Both the position numbers and the translations under genes were made by a program. DNA of 64,000 bases from Clostridia bacterium. GTDB taxonomy: Bacteria; Bacillota; Clostridia; TANB77; CAG-508. Positions 30,796 through 41,271 of this stretch are shown here, piece by piece. Where the stretch lies: contig JAFSBT010000004.1 of NCBI GenBank assembly GCA_017437145.1, positions 71,828 to 135,827 of the forward strand. Direction: 5' to 3'. The notes under the pieces were generated by a model. That model was not told the DNA's origin, did no database searches, and worked only from the letters and a program-made list of their open reading frames with translations. The number at the start of each line of letters is the position of its first letter. The first letter of the stretch is position 1.

Positions 30796-31346
30796 TAGTC
30801 ATTTTCCTCCACTTCATATAAATATTTTTTTGCAAAAGGTCTTAAGACTTTTTCTAATACAACTATAAAAACTGTATTTAATACTGTAAGAATAATTTGA
30901 GGTATTATTCTTGATGTAAATAATATCCAAAAAGCTTTTCCGTACATAAAATGTATGAAAAAAGTATTCATTATCATGTTAACAACAACTAAAACTACTA
31001 AATTACTTGCTATTGCACTTAATATAATTTTTGAATTCTTTTCCTCATGTTTTTTGTATAAGTATAATCCATAAATTAGTCCCATTATCGCATTTGCAAT
31101 TGTAAATCCCACAAAATATGAACCAAAAGGGAAAAGTAATGCTGCAATTAAATCTCCAAGCAGTGCAACAAGTGTAGAATATTTTGGTCCACAATAAATT
31201 GCAACAAGCATTATTGCTATACTACTAAAATTTAATGCTAAAATTTGAATGTTTATAGAAATAAATCTATCTAAAATTATAAATGTTGCTAGCATTAAAG
31301 CAGATAAAACTATTTTTTTTGTTTTGCTAATACTTAATTTTTCCAT
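30795..31346 (-). CDS. folT: Folate ECF transporter S component
   Basis: Six-TM S component (GSYFVGFT), downstream of a THF riboswitch. Confidence 0.9.
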   Translation of the reverse strand: MEKLSISKTKKIVLSALMLATFIILDRFISINIQILALNFSSIAIMLVAIYCGPKYSTLVALLGDLIAALLFPFGSYFVGFTIANAIMGLIYGLYLYKKHEEKNSKIILSAIASNLVVLVVVNMIMNTFFIHFMYGKAFWILFTSRIIPQIILTVLNTVFIVVLEKVLRPFAKKYLYEVEEND

Positions 31347-31410
31347 AAAAATATCCTTTCTTAAAATACAATATCCGTATATTAAGAAAGGAATTATTAT
31401 TCGTTTTTTA

Positions 31411-31507
31411 ATAGCGGAATGCGAAAATAAATCAGCAAAGCATTTGCTTTTTCGTTTACTAACAACTTCCCGTTTAGTAACACTTAACTATTTATTTTCT
31501 ACTCTAT
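31411..31507 (-). ncRNA. THF riboswitch
   Basis: AGAGTAG...GTTAAGTG...CGGGAAGTTG...AACGAA...GCATTCCGCT matches the THF aptamer pattern. A downstream hairpin (TCCTTTCTTAA..TTAAGAAAGGA) sequesters the folT RBS. Confidence 0.92.
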
Positions 31508-31586
31508 TTGTATTTTGTAATATTTTATCAAATTTTGTGTGAAAAGACAAGGGGTATAATCTTTTTGTAATTATTTTTGATATTTT

Positions 31587-31614
31587 GTAGGGCGGACACA
31601 GGGCCCGCCCCTAC
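31587..31614. repeat. GTAG-family REP element
   Basis: GTAGGGCGGACACAGGGCCCGCCCCTAC. Confidence 0.8.
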
Positions 31615-31688
31615 ATTTTTATGTGTAAATCATTTTATATTTATTAACATATTTTTCTAATCCCTCATATACTATTCTAGGTGATAAT

Positions 31689-32963
31689 ATGGAAACATTG
31701 CGAATTGGCTCTACTGGTCCTCTTGTTGAGCTTTTACAATCTACTTTAAAAAAACTAGGATATTTTCCTTCAAATATAGATGGCATTTTTGGAACTACTA
31801 CTGAAAATGCGGTTAAAAATTTTCAAAGACAATTTTCTTTAACTCTAGATGGAATTGTTGGTCCCTCAACATGGAATGCACTTTTCCCTTATTTGAATGG
31901 TCAAACATCTTACACTATTCAGCAAGGAGATACATTGTTTAGTATTGCAAATAATTTTAATACCACTGTAAATAGAATTCTTTTTGCAAATGAAGGTTTA
32001 GAACCTTCAAATTTAACTGTAGGATTAAGAATTACCATTCCTTTTGGAAGAATTGTTCCAACTGATGTTTCTTATAGTTCTAATATTCTTAAAATGAATA
32101 TTAATGCTTTACTGAGAATTTATCCTTTTTTAGAAACTGGTATTATTGGAAGTAGTGTGCTGAATAACACTATTCCTTATATAAAATTAGGTAATGGTAA
32201 TAATGAAGTTTTTTACAGTGCAGCTATACATGCAAATGAATGGATAACTGCTCCATTGCTTATGAAATTCATCGAAGAATTTTGTTTAGCCTATGTAAAT
32301 AACACTCTAATTTATGGATATAGTGCAAGAGATATTTTTAATTACTCCTCTATATACATTGTTCCAATGTGTAACCCAGATGGTGTAAATTTAGTTACTG
32401 GAGATATCAAACCAAATACTACTATTTATAATTCTGCTCAAACTATTTCAAACAGATACCCTAGCATTCCTTTCCCTAGCGGTTGGAAGGCAAATATTAG
32501 AGGTGTGGATTTAAATTTACAATTTCCTGCAGGTTGGGAAGAAGCACGTAGAATCAAATTTGCACAAGGTTTCAGAACACCTGCCCCACGTGATTTTGTT
32601 GGATTTGGCCCACTAACTGAACCTGAAAGTTTAGCTTTATATAATTTTACTTTATCTCGTAATTTTAGATTGATTTTAGCATATCATACACAGGGGCAAG
32701 AAATATATTGGCAGTTTCAAGATTATGCACCGGCTGAAGCAGAATCTATTGGTCAAATTTTTGAAAATGTTAGTGGATATCGTTTAGCAGATGTACCTTT
32801 TGTTTCAAGTTTTGCTGGTTATAAAGATTGGTTCTTGCAGCAATATCAAAGACCTGGTTATACTATTGAAGCTGGTATTGGTCAAAACCCACTTCCAATT
32901 AGTCAGTTTAATGAAATTTATAATGATAATATTGGAATTCTTGTGTTGGGAGCAGTGGTATAA
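31689..32963 (+). CDS. PG-binding/LysM M14 peptidase (gamma-D-glutamyl-meso-DAP peptidase-like)
   Basis: [19 protein letters not shown] LysM, HANE, NPDG, GVDLN, HTQG. Confidence 0.9.
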   Translation: METLRIGSTGPLVELLQSTLKKLGYFPSNIDGIFGTTTENAVKNFQRQFSLTLDGIVGPSTWNALFPYLNGQTSYTIQQGDTLFSIANNFNTTVNRILFANEGLEPSNLTVGLRITIPFGRIVPTDVSYSSNILKMNINALLRIYPFLETGIIGSSVLNNTIPYIKLGNGNNEVFYSAAIHANEWITAPLLMKFIEEFCLAYVNNTLIYGYSARDIFNYSSIYIVPMCNPDGVNLVTGDIKPNTTIYNSAQTISNRYPSIPFPSGWKANIRGVDLNLQFPAGWEEARRIKFAQGFRTPAPRDFVGFGPLTEPESLALYNFTLSRNFRLILAYHTQGQEIYWQFQDYAPAEAESIGQIFENVSGYRLADVPFVSSFAGYKDWFLQQYQRPGYTIEAGIGQNPLPISQFNEIYNDNIGILVLGAVV

Positions 32964-32980
32964 AAAGAAGAGAACTCCTT

Positions 32981-33241
32981 TTAGGAGTCCTCTTCTTTTT
33001 GCTTTTCAAAGGCTTTTGCAAATGCAATAGACATTGCCGTTTCTTCCGGTTTTTCTCCACCGTACACTTCTTTTTTAGAGCTTCTGATTAAATCATTTTC
33101 CGTACACGACGGTCCTGCACTAAGGTACCAAGTTTTATCACAATTTGTGCAGCAAATTGTCACTATTGATTTTCTTGAATACCTGCTTATTTTCATGATC
33201 TTACCTGCTGCTCCACATTTCCGGCATACTAAACTAGGCAT
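32981..33241 (-). CDS. Small zinc-ribbon protein
   Basis: CRKC...CTNC; GGGAGG RBS; contains an in-frame CGG at codon 7. Confidence 0.6.
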   Translation of the reverse strand: MPSLVCRKCGAAGKIMKISRYSRKSIVTICCTNCDKTWYLSAGPSCTENDLIRSSKKEVYGGEKPEETAMSIAFAKAFEKQKEEDS

Positions 33242-33302
33242 CCAATGCCTCCCTTCATTAAAGTCCTTATATTATATGATATTTCCACTAAAAAATCAAA
33301 TT

Positions 33303-33884
33303 TTAATATGATTTCGAAATTTTTGAATATATATCATCCCAAGATAATGCTCTTTCTAAATCCTTATTTTCTTGATTGTATCTTGTATTCATTAATAATA
33401 CTTTAATACCATTTTCTTTTAAATCTTGGCATGTAGCTATATTATCTTCAATCATAATATCTATTTTATTTCTTTTACATTCTATTGTCTTTGCATGTTT
33501 ATCATATGCATTAGTTAATATTAATTCATCATAATTTATTTCGTACTTCTTTAACCATTCTACTGTCATTTCTCTTGGCTCAGAGTATTCTCCATTATCC
33601 CTACCAGAAATTATATATATATCATTTCCTTCTGATTTTAATTTATCTATTATCCTTTTTGCACCATTAAGAGGTCTAAAATTTTTTGCCATTCTTTCTA
33701 TGTTTTCTTTATAAAAAGTCTCTTCTTCCTCTTTAGAGCAATCGAACATTCCACATCTTACATTGTATGGATTATGATTTATAATTCCTGTTCCCCTTAG
33801 TTCTTTATCATGTTTTAAATATTCTTTTAACAAGGTATCATCCATATTAGAAATTACATTATCTATATCAATTCCTATTTTCAT
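33303..33884 (-). CDS. HAD-like 5'-nucleotidase (NT5C family)
   Basis: GIDIDNV, IISGR, IMIEDN. Confidence 0.85.
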   Translation of the reverse strand: MKIGIDIDNVISNMDDTLLKEYLKHDKELRGTGIINHNPYNVRCGMFDCSKEEEETFYKENIERMAKNFRPLNGAKRIIDKLKSEGNDIYIISGRDNGEYSEPREMTVEWLKKYEINYDELILTNAYDKHAKTIECKRNKIDIMIEDNIATCQDLKENGIKVLLMNTRYNQENKDLERALSWDDIYSKISKSY

Positions 33885-33894
33885 TTTTATCCTC

Positions 33895-34278
33895 TTATTT
33901 TACTTCAGCTTTCCACAATCCATGTTTATTACAATATGCATACAAAACTGAACCCGGTATATATTTAAATCTTACTGTTGTATCTTGTTCTGGGTATAAT
34001 CTTACTCTTGTAGTTTTATTATCACTTACTTGAGCTATCCATTCTATATAATGGTCTTTTTCCATAGGATGTTCTACTTCTCCTACTTTTACTGCAATTT
34101 CATCTTCTACTTTTTCGTAAACTGGAACATGTTTTTCAACTGATGCATCCTCACTATTTGCAACTAAAAGTTCCATTTTTCTTCCACAACATGTTATAAG
34201 GTCAGCATTCCCTTTAATTAATCCTATAACATTCCCACATATTGGGCATTTATAAAACACTGTGTTTTTTTCTTTCAT
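33895..34278 (-). CDS. Desulfoferrodoxin / superoxide reductase
   Basis: YKCPICGN, CCG, EKHVP, HPM..DHYIEW, YCNKHGLW. Confidence 0.93.
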   Translation of the reverse strand: MKEKNTVFYKCPICGNVIGLIKGNADLITCCGRKMELLVANSEDASVEKHVPVYEKVEDEIAVKVGEVEHPMEKDHYIEWIAQVSDNKTTRVRLYPEQDTTVRFKYIPGSVLYAYCNKHGLWKAEVK

Positions 34279-34381
34279 AAAAATTCCTCCTTTAAATATT
34301 TATATTTATTTTATTATTTATTGTTTTAATTATCAACTATTTTTTTATATTTAACAAATTCTTAATTTATGCATATTATTT

Positions 34382-34434
34382 GTAGGGGCAGATTCCCACA
34401 TCTGCCTTGGGTCGCCGTGGGCGACGACCCCTAC
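34382..34434. repeat. GTAG-family REP doublet
   Basis: GTAGGGGCAGAT..ATCTGCC joined to GGGTCGCCGTGGGCGACGACCCCTAC. Confidence 0.75.
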
Positions 34435-34694
34435 ATTTTTTTAATAAGCGGGTACCAAATTTGAATAATATAGAAATTATATCGATTTAGTTAAAAATTT
34501 TAATTTTTAACTAAATTTTAAAAAGCTAAAATAATTAATTTTTGACAAATGAGAATTCATTTTCAAAAATTAATATTTTAGCTTAATTTATACAATCTAT
34601 AACACATAAAAAAATTTATCTGCACACAAATTTATTTATTATATGTTATCCATATTAAAAAACTGTGATGCATTTTGCATCACAGTTTTTTTAA

Positions 34695-36746
34695 TTAAAT
34701 ATCAATATCACCAAGCGCACTCATTGTTTCTAAATCTGTTACCTTGATTAATTCTGGTGATAGAGTAAATAATTCATCTGCTATATAAATTATTCTTTCA
34801 ACATTTGTATTATAATTGTAATCATAATATCTTCCATCAATTACATTATCTCTTTTATGTGATATTAATCCCTTTAGATTAAATCCATTTTCTAAATCTA
34901 AGTTATAAACTATTGCTCCTTGTATTGTTTTATAATTTCCTGTTGAATCATCTCTAATAGTTACAGGGAAAGCTAATAAGTTTTTCTCTTTTGAGAATAA
35001 GAAAGCTTTATGATTATCTAATGCTTCTGAATATGTTCCACTATCTCCAATTTTTGTAGTGTACATTTCTATTGGATTTGTTGGGTCTGTTACATCAAAC
35101 AATGCCATTTTCATGCCAGTTGTTTTTACAATATTTCCATAACCATAATCTACAACTGTTGTATCTTCTCCTATTCCAATTATATGATTATCATCATATG
35201 GATGTAGGTAATTACTATATCCTGGTATTTTTAATTCACCTAAAACCTTTGGTTCTGTTGGATCTGATAAGTCTATTACAAATAGAGGGTCTGTTTCAAC
35301 AAAAGTTACCATATATGCCCTTTTTCCCATAAATCTTACTGAATAAATTCTTTCTCCTGGAGCTAAATTTTCAACTTTTCCAACAATATTTAATTTTTCA
35401 TCCAACACATATAAATTATTTGTATCTTCTTCATCATTCCATGAAATTGAATTTGTTGTAGCTATTCTAAAAAATCCATCTTTTTCATCCATTGAAAATT
35501 GGTTTAATACTGAACCTGGAACTTCTCCTTCACACATATAAATTACATTTGAACCTTCTAATTTAAATTTATAAATTTTTGTAGCAAGTTCAAAAATTGA
35601 AATTCCATCAAATCCAATTGACATATCATATTCACGTTTTGTTTGTGTCACATATAAATTATTCTCAGACGCATATACATCTTCTCCTGCACCTATATAT
35701 GATGATATTCTTGCTGGTTCTTTTTTTGTAACATCAAAGCTTGCCATATTTAAATATGAAGAACTCTCTCCTCCTGGTATATAGTAAATATCATCATATG
35801 CTACACATTTTTCTATTTCCCCTATAACACTATCAGTATATGAAGGTAATAATTTTTCCTCTTTTAATTCACCAATGTCATAATTTCTACAAACTGAATA
35901 TATTTCTTTATTTGTAACTAAGTATAAATTATTGTCAATCATTCTTGAATTTAAATAATAACCATCAACTTCTACTTCTCTTTCAAGTTTTACGTTTCTT
36001 TTATTGCCAATATTATATACTCTCGCAACTGTTCTTCTATCATTTCCATAATATATTCTATTTTCGCTATATGTTCCCACATAATCATCATTCTCATAGT
36101 CATCACAAATAGCAACTAACTTATCATCTTTAATGTATATCTCATTTATATTTTTATCATCATAAAAGTTTATTCTACCAATTACATTTTTACTTTGTGC
36201 ATTTACAATTACAATTTTATTGTTAGTAACATAATAAATATAGTTTCCATCAGTTTTTACAATGTCAGCTTCATCTACCCCTTCAACTTGCACATTAGTT
36301 TTAGAAAAATCATTATTTGATGTACTATTTGAAGAACTTGATGAAGATTCACTTTTTGAAGCTCCGGCTGAAATTGCAGAATCAGTATTTATTGTAGCAC
36401 TTTCAACAATTGCCATATCTGTTGAAATTAAACCTTTAGTCATAGAACCTGCATTTGAATCCTTTTGTATTTTTCTAAAAGTTTTATATAATTGTTTATA
36501 ATTCTTTATATTTGGTAGATTTTGTGCAATTATTGTTTCTTGAGGTTTTACTGTTTTATTATCTGTATTTCTAAATTGCATTGGTATCATAATTCCTACA
36601 ACTACTGCAGCTATACATGCTGCACTTAAACTTAGGCTTAAAGCTATTTTATTTTTCTTTTTATCCATATTTCTTAATACCTCCCTTTTTAAATTTTCTG
36701 GTACTTTTATTTCATCAATTGCTTCTATGTAATCTTTCTTATTCAT
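34695..36746 (-). CDS. Beta-propeller domain protein with anti-sigma-like N-terminus and TM
   Basis: TNVQVEGVDEADIVKTDG, LNQFSMDE, GELKIPGYSNYLHPY. Start ATG 36746 overlaps the corrected sigma stop (ATGAATAA). Confidence 0.85.
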   Translation of the reverse strand: MNKKDYIEAIDEIKVPENLKREVLRNMDKKKNKIALSLSLSAACIAAVVVGIMIPMQFRNTDNKTVKPQETIIAQNLPNIKNYKQLYKTFRKIQKDSNAGSMTKGLISTDMAIVESATINTDSAISAGASKSESSSSSSNSTSNNDFSKTNVQVEGVDEADIVKTDGNYIYYVTNNKIVIVNAQSKNVIGRINFYDDKNINEIYIKDDKLVAICDDYENDDYVGTYSENRIYYGNDRRTVARVYNIGNKRNVKLEREVEVDGYYLNSRMIDNNLYLVTNKEIYSVCRNYDIGELKEEKLLPSYTDSVIGEIEKCVAYDDIYYIPGGESSSYLNMASFDVTKKEPARISSYIGAGEDVYASENNLYVTQTKREYDMSIGFDGISIFELATKIYKFKLEGSNVIYMCEGEVPGSVLNQFSMDEKDGFFRIATTNSISWNDEEDTNNLYVLDEKLNIVGKVENLAPGERIYSVRFMGKRAYMVTFVETDPLFVIDLSDPTEPKVLGELKIPGYSNYLHPYDDNHIIGIGEDTTVVDYGYGNIVKTTGMKMALFDVTDPTNPIEMYTTKIGDSGTYSEALDNHKAFLFSKEKNLLAFPVTIRDDSTGNYKTIQGAIVYNLDLENGFNLKGLISHKRDNVIDGRYYDYNYNTNVERIIYIADELFTLSPELIKVTDLETMSALGDIDI

Positions 36747-37207
36747 CAAAATCACCTCCTTGTAATTTTTCTTTTAATTGTTCTCTCGCTCGTGATAAAC
36801 CGAGATTTAACTGTTCCTTCTTTCATGTTTAACAACTTACCTATTTCTGAAATTTTATATTTTTCATAATAAAATAAATAAATAATTGTTCTATATTTTA
36901 TGGGCAATTCCATAACTGCATAATAAACTGCACTTCTTTCAGGTGTTTCAAATTTTATTTCTTCCTTTAATTCTTCTAAATCTTTATTTTTACTCCAGAA
37001 GTTTTTAGTACAATTTATAGTAACTTTAATAAGCCAAGCTTTTGCATGTTCTTCACTTTCAAATACAGGTCTTTTTCTTGCAAGTCTATAAAACACTTCT
37101 TGATATACATCCTCTGCATTTTCCTTGTTTCTTATCCTAGAAAGTGCTAATCTATAAACCATATCCGAATATTGTTCAATTATTTGTTCATAATATTTCT
37201 CATTCAT
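36739..37207 (-). CDS. ECF sigma-70 factor; complete region 4 requires a +1 shift at CGG 36802-36800
   Basis: AEDVYQEVF, KAWLIKVTIN. GTVKS-[CGGT]-LSRAREQLKEKLQGGDFDE* restores the VKSRLSRAR consensus. Confidence 0.88.
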
Positions 37208-37281
37208 TTTATCACCTATACTAATAATACCATATAAAAATAAAAAAGGTTGCATAATATTCAACCTTTTTTATTTTATAG

Positions 37282-37716
37282 TTATTTTCTAAACAAATTT
37301 TTTATTTTATTAATAATTTTTGATATAAAGCTCTTACTTTCCACTTTTGCTGGTAACTGTGATAATTCTTTTTCTTCTTTTGTAATTTCTTTTTTCTTAA
37401 ATATTTCTTTATCTTTAAATTCTTCAAACAATTTTTCTTGAAGAATTCTTTCATTTTCTAATAATTTTTTGTTGTAATCTATTTTTTCTTCAGCTGTACA
37501 TAAATAATCTCTGTATATCGCTGCTAAAATTGCCTTTGTCTTTGGCTTTAATATTAATTCTTCATTTATATCCGGTTCAAAAACATACGTTTTTGATGAA
37601 TTTTTCTTTAAAAATTTTATAACATTAAGAGGTATTTTAGAAATTACATCTTCACTACTATTTTTTAGTATATAAATAGCTTCTACCATAGCTTCACTAT
37701 ATTCTACACTAACCAT
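37282..37716 (-). CDS. Hypothetical protein, paralog of 12485-12928
   Basis: YSEAMVEAIYIL...KIP...AILAAIYRDYLC...KSFISKIINKIKNLFRK. Confidence 0.75.
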   Translation of the reverse strand: MVSVEYSEAMVEAIYILKNSSEDVISKIPLNVIKFLKKNSSKTYVFEPDINEELILKPKTKAILAAIYRDYLCTAEEKIDYNKKLLENERILQEKLFEEFKDKEIFKKKEITKEEKELSQLPAKVESKSFISKIINKIKNLFRK

Positions 37717-37717
37717 A

Positions 37718-39046
37718 TTATTCTCCTTTTGCTTTTTTTGTTTTATCGATTATTTGCTCACTGAAGTCATTAGATATTCTACCGACTTCTCCTAGTGGTG
37801 CATCTGCTCCCATTTCACCTAAATCACTAGGAGAAAATCTTTTTCCTTCAAATATTCTATCTATAAGTTTTTTATAGTAAGGTTTCTTTGCTTTTATAGT
37901 TTCTGATTCTTCTCCTCTAACAATATATCTAAGTTTATCTTGAAAATTTTGCATTTCTTTGTGATTTATTTTTTGAGCAAACATTTCCTTTGAAAATTCT
38001 TCATTAGACATTTCCAAATAATATTGTGCAATTGATTCCATTTTATCATGTCCTTCTTTTGCAGCAAATGCATCATATTTTTCATCTGATAAATAGACTA
38101 CTCTAGTACTATGTGACCCTTCTAAAGGTTCTGCAATTAATAAATATCCTCCCTTATCTCTTGGATTTTTATATACAAACGCTGTATAAAAACCTGGTAT
38201 AACATTGTCATTTTCATCTATCTCATCTACATTTATTATGCTTTCCGGTTTCATATCAGATAAAACTTTTTCTCTTTGTCTAAATGGATATATAGGACTT
38301 TTTCTATCAACACTTACACCACCATAATTTTTATTTTCGCTTCTAGATCCTTGTCTTTGTTTTATTGTTATACTACGTATACTTGATTCTTGTTTTTCTT
38401 CGTACATATAATCATAATATTCTGTAAGATTTTTTGCTGCAACACTCATCCCATGTTCTATTCCATCCAATGTAAGATTATCTAAACTTTCACTTTGTTG
38501 AGATAAAAAAATTGTTTGTAATTTTTCTCTTGCTTCATCACTTAAGCTCAAACTATTTACAATGCTTTCTGCATTATCTCTTTTCATTACATCTAATATT
38601 TTCTTAAAAAATTCATCTTCTCCTATTTGTAAAATTTTACTTTTATCATAAGGTTTTTCTGAAATTACTGCTTTAGTCCATCCGTCAAGTCCTTCTAAGC
38701 ATATTTCAAAAGTACCTTTATACATTTTAATTGAAAGTGACTTTATTTTTGTTTTAACTCTGTTGCTAGCTTCTCTACGCTTTTCACTTATAGGAAGAAT
38801 TCCCTCTCCTTGATGTTCTCGAGAATATTTTTTTACTTCATCTTTTATATATCCCCTTATATAATTTGGATTATTTTCTTTTAAAATATTAACCATTGCT
38901 CTTTCAATGATTGCACGGTCTACTTTTTCTGTAAAAATCCATTCCATTGGTATAACTATTCCGTCTCTATCTCCCATTAAAATTTTGCCATCATCTATAT
39001 TTGAAAAATAATCCTTAAGTATTTTTAAAAATGAACTTTTTTCCAT
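37718..39046 (-). CDS. Hypothetical protein
   Basis: 442-aa ORF with AAGGAG RBS. Confidence 0.75.
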   Translation of the reverse strand: MEKSSFLKILKDYFSNIDDGKILMGDRDGIVIPMEWIFTEKVDRAIIERAMVNILKENNPNYIRGYIKDEVKKYSREHQGEGILPISEKRREASNRVKTKIKSLSIKMYKGTFEICLEGLDGWTKAVISEKPYDKSKILQIGEDEFFKKILDVMKRDNAESIVNSLSLSDEAREKLQTIFLSQQSESLDNLTLDGIEHGMSVAAKNLTEYYDYMYEEKQESSIRSITIKQRQGSRSENKNYGGVSVDRKSPIYPFRQREKVLSDMKPESIINVDEIDENDNVIPGFYTAFVYKNPRDKGGYLLIAEPLEGSHSTRVVYLSDEKYDAFAAKEGHDKMESIAQYYLEMSNEEFSKEMFAQKINHKEMQNFQDKLRYIVRGEESETIKAKKPYYKKLIDRIFEGKRFSPSDLGEMGADAPLGEVGRISNDFSEQIIDKTKKAKGE

Positions 39047-39172
39047 TTTTGTTCTCCTTTGTATATATTTCTACAATTCTATTAAATACCTATTTTTTTT
39101 ATTTGTCAATATTTTTTATATGGAAAAAGCCGCTTCCCATTATGGAAGCGGCTCTTAATTGAAAAGGATGAC

Positions 39173-39481
39173 CTACCAAACGAAAACAATTCCTGAAATT
39201 GCTCCTTTATCTAAAGCAACCATTATTCTCTGCTGTGCGAAATTTTCTCTTATTTTATCATATTCTTCTGAAAAATCGCCTTCAATTCTCAACATATCAC
39301 TCCATTGTTCAGTTGCTTCAAGCACCTTCAAATAGTAATCCCTGTATGGATTATTCTGCACCAAATTCTCAATAGCTTGTTTATATTCATCAATTGGCTT
39401 GTGTGCATAAAGGTTCTTTTTTATATTAACAAGATAGTCAAAAACTGTTTTTTCTTTTTCAGCCATCATTTCCACCTCCAT
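39173..39481 (-). CDS. Small hypothetical protein (tandem paralog 1)
   Basis: VQNNPYRDYYLKVLEA; own terminator at 39125-39154. Confidence 0.65.
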   Translation of the reverse strand: MEVEMMAEKEKTVFDYLVNIKKNLYAHKPIDEYKQAIENLVQNNPYRDYYLKVLEATEQWSDMLRIEGDFSEEYDKIRENFAQQRIMVALDKGAISGIVFVW

Positions 39482-39623
39482 TCTTTTTTAGTCTATCCTA
39501 TGTGATGCCTGGAGTTGTGCTGCATCAAATTCTATAATATTTTAACACATTATGTATGTTTTTTCAACTTTTTATTGTATAGGAAAAATTGACTTTTATC
39601 TTGACCACATATAAGATTTTTCC

Positions 39624-39765
39624 GTATACAACAAGGTTAGACTACCTTAGTTCGCCCGAGCTTTAGCTCGTGGCATGTATTTCGCACCTGCTTCGAAGAC
39701 TTTACATAGCGAAATGCCTTTCTTATAAATGGTAAAGAGCCTCTTCCTATTGTGGAAGCGGCTCT
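39624..39765 (+). ncRNA. Candidate structured small RNA
   Basis: TTGACT-17-TAAGAT promoter (39589-39617); hairpins AAGGTTAGACTACCTT, CGAGCTTTAGCTCG and GGCATGTATTTCGC..GCGAAATGCC; ends at a terminator hairpin. Confidence 0.4.
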
Positions 39766-39776
39766 ATGAACGCTGA

Positions 39777-40058
39777 CTATTCCCAAGAAAATATCATGAA
39801 ATCATCAAAGAACTCCAGAACAACTCTATGTTCTTCAAAATCATCAATCATTTCTTGGCATTTCTGGAATTTTCCTTCCTTTATAAGCTGCTTCGATCCT
39901 TCCTCCGCTGCCTTCAAGCATTCCAGGTAGGAATCCTTAAAAGGATTCTCCTGAACCGCCAGTTCTATGCGAATTCTAAGTCCTTTTACCGGACCCACAT
40001 TGCTGATATGCTTCAGCCAATCTCCGACGGTAACTCCAGGTCTTGCCATTACGTTCAC
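39777..40058 (-). CDS. Small hypothetical protein (tandem paralog 2)
   Basis: VQENPFKDSYLECLKA; terminator similar to paralog 1. Confidence 0.65.
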   Translation of the reverse strand: MNVMARPGVTVGDWLKHISNVGPVKGLRIRIELAVQENPFKDSYLECLKAAEEGSKQLIKEGKFQKCQEMIDDFEEHRVVLEFFDDFMIFSWE

Positions 40059-40155
40059 CCCCTTTTGTAAAAATGTCTAAACTTAAATGCTGGGGTCTTG
40101 CTGCATTTAGTTCGTTTACATTTTAGCATATTATGTTAAACATTGCAATTCTTAT

Positions 40156-41271
40156 TTATAATTTCTTTCCTAGTTTTACTTTCAAATTATATTCTTTACT
40201 ATTTCTTAATACTGTTAAATTAGTTTCTTCTCCTACTTTTTTCGTATAAATATAGTTTCTTAATTCCCCCATTCTATTTATTTCAAAACCATCTATTGAA
40301 GTTATAATATCTCCTTCTTTTAATCCTGTATTATAACATGGTCCATCTTTAGAAATTTCTGCAACATATATACCACTCTCAAATTCTATTTGCGAATCCA
40401 AATAAGGGATTACTTCTTTATCATACGCAAAAATGCCAAGATATGCTTCTTCAAAAGAATCTGTTTTTGCATAGCTTTCAACAACTGGTTTTATAATATT
40501 TATTGGTATTGCGAATCCTATACCTTCAGCTGTGTCTATTTTTACAGAGTTAATTCCTATTACTTTTCCTTCTTCATTTACTAATGGACCTCCACTATTT
40601 CCTGAATTAATACTTGCATCAGTTTGAATTAAATCCTCCATATAACTTAAATTATCTTCTTCCTCAATTTTTACTGTTCTGTTTAATCCACTTATAATTC
40701 CAGCAGTAACAGTTCTTTGGAATTCCATCCCTACAGGATTTCCGATTGCATAAACTTTTTGACCAAGCTTAATATTCTCTGAATCTGCAAACTCTAAATA
40801 ATTTAACCTACTTGCATTTATTTTTATAATTGCTAAATCTAAATCTTTGTCAGCCCATACAACTGTGCCATTATATTCATTACTATTATCCAATGTCACA
40901 TAACAAGTATTATATTTTTCTCCTGCTACATGCCAATTTGTGAGAATATATCCATTTTCTGATACAATTATTCCAGTACCTAATCCTAATGAAGTAGTTG
41001 AATCCTTTAAGAATATTGATGTCCCAACATCTTGTATTTTCGATATTCCTACTACACATTTAACAACCTGTTCTATAGTATTAGTTGTATCCTCATTTTT
41101 ATTATTTGATAATCTTACTGCTGTGTTTTCATCACTTATATCATATGATTTGACTTCAATATTTAAATACATGTCATAAATAAAAATACTAGCGGCAGAA
41201 ACCACAATCATTAAAATAATTAAAATAATATATTTTTTCAATTTGCTTTCCTTTGTTTTATAACTATACAT
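40156..41271 (-). CDS. htrA: HtrA/DegP-like serine protease with PDZ domain
   Basis: TNWHV, DLAIIK, QTDASINSGNSGGPL, C-terminal PDZ. Confidence 0.93.
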   Translation of the reverse strand: MYSYKTKESKLKKYIILIILMIVVSAASIFIYDMYLNIEVKSYDISDENTAVRLSNNKNEDTTNTIEQVVKCVVGISKIQDVGTSIFLKDSTTSLGLGTGIIVSENGYILTNWHVAGEKYNTCYVTLDNSNEYNGTVVWADKDLDLAIIKINASRLNYLEFADSENIKLGQKVYAIGNPVGMEFQRTVTAGIISGLNRTVKIEEEDNLSYMEDLIQTDASINSGNSGGPLVNEEGKVIGINSVKIDTAEGIGFAIPINIIKPVVESYAKTDSFEEAYLGIFAYDKEVIPYLDSQIEFESGIYVAEISKDGPCYNTGLKEGDIITSIDGFEINRMGELRNYIYTKKVGEETNLTVLRNSKEYNLKVKLGKKL

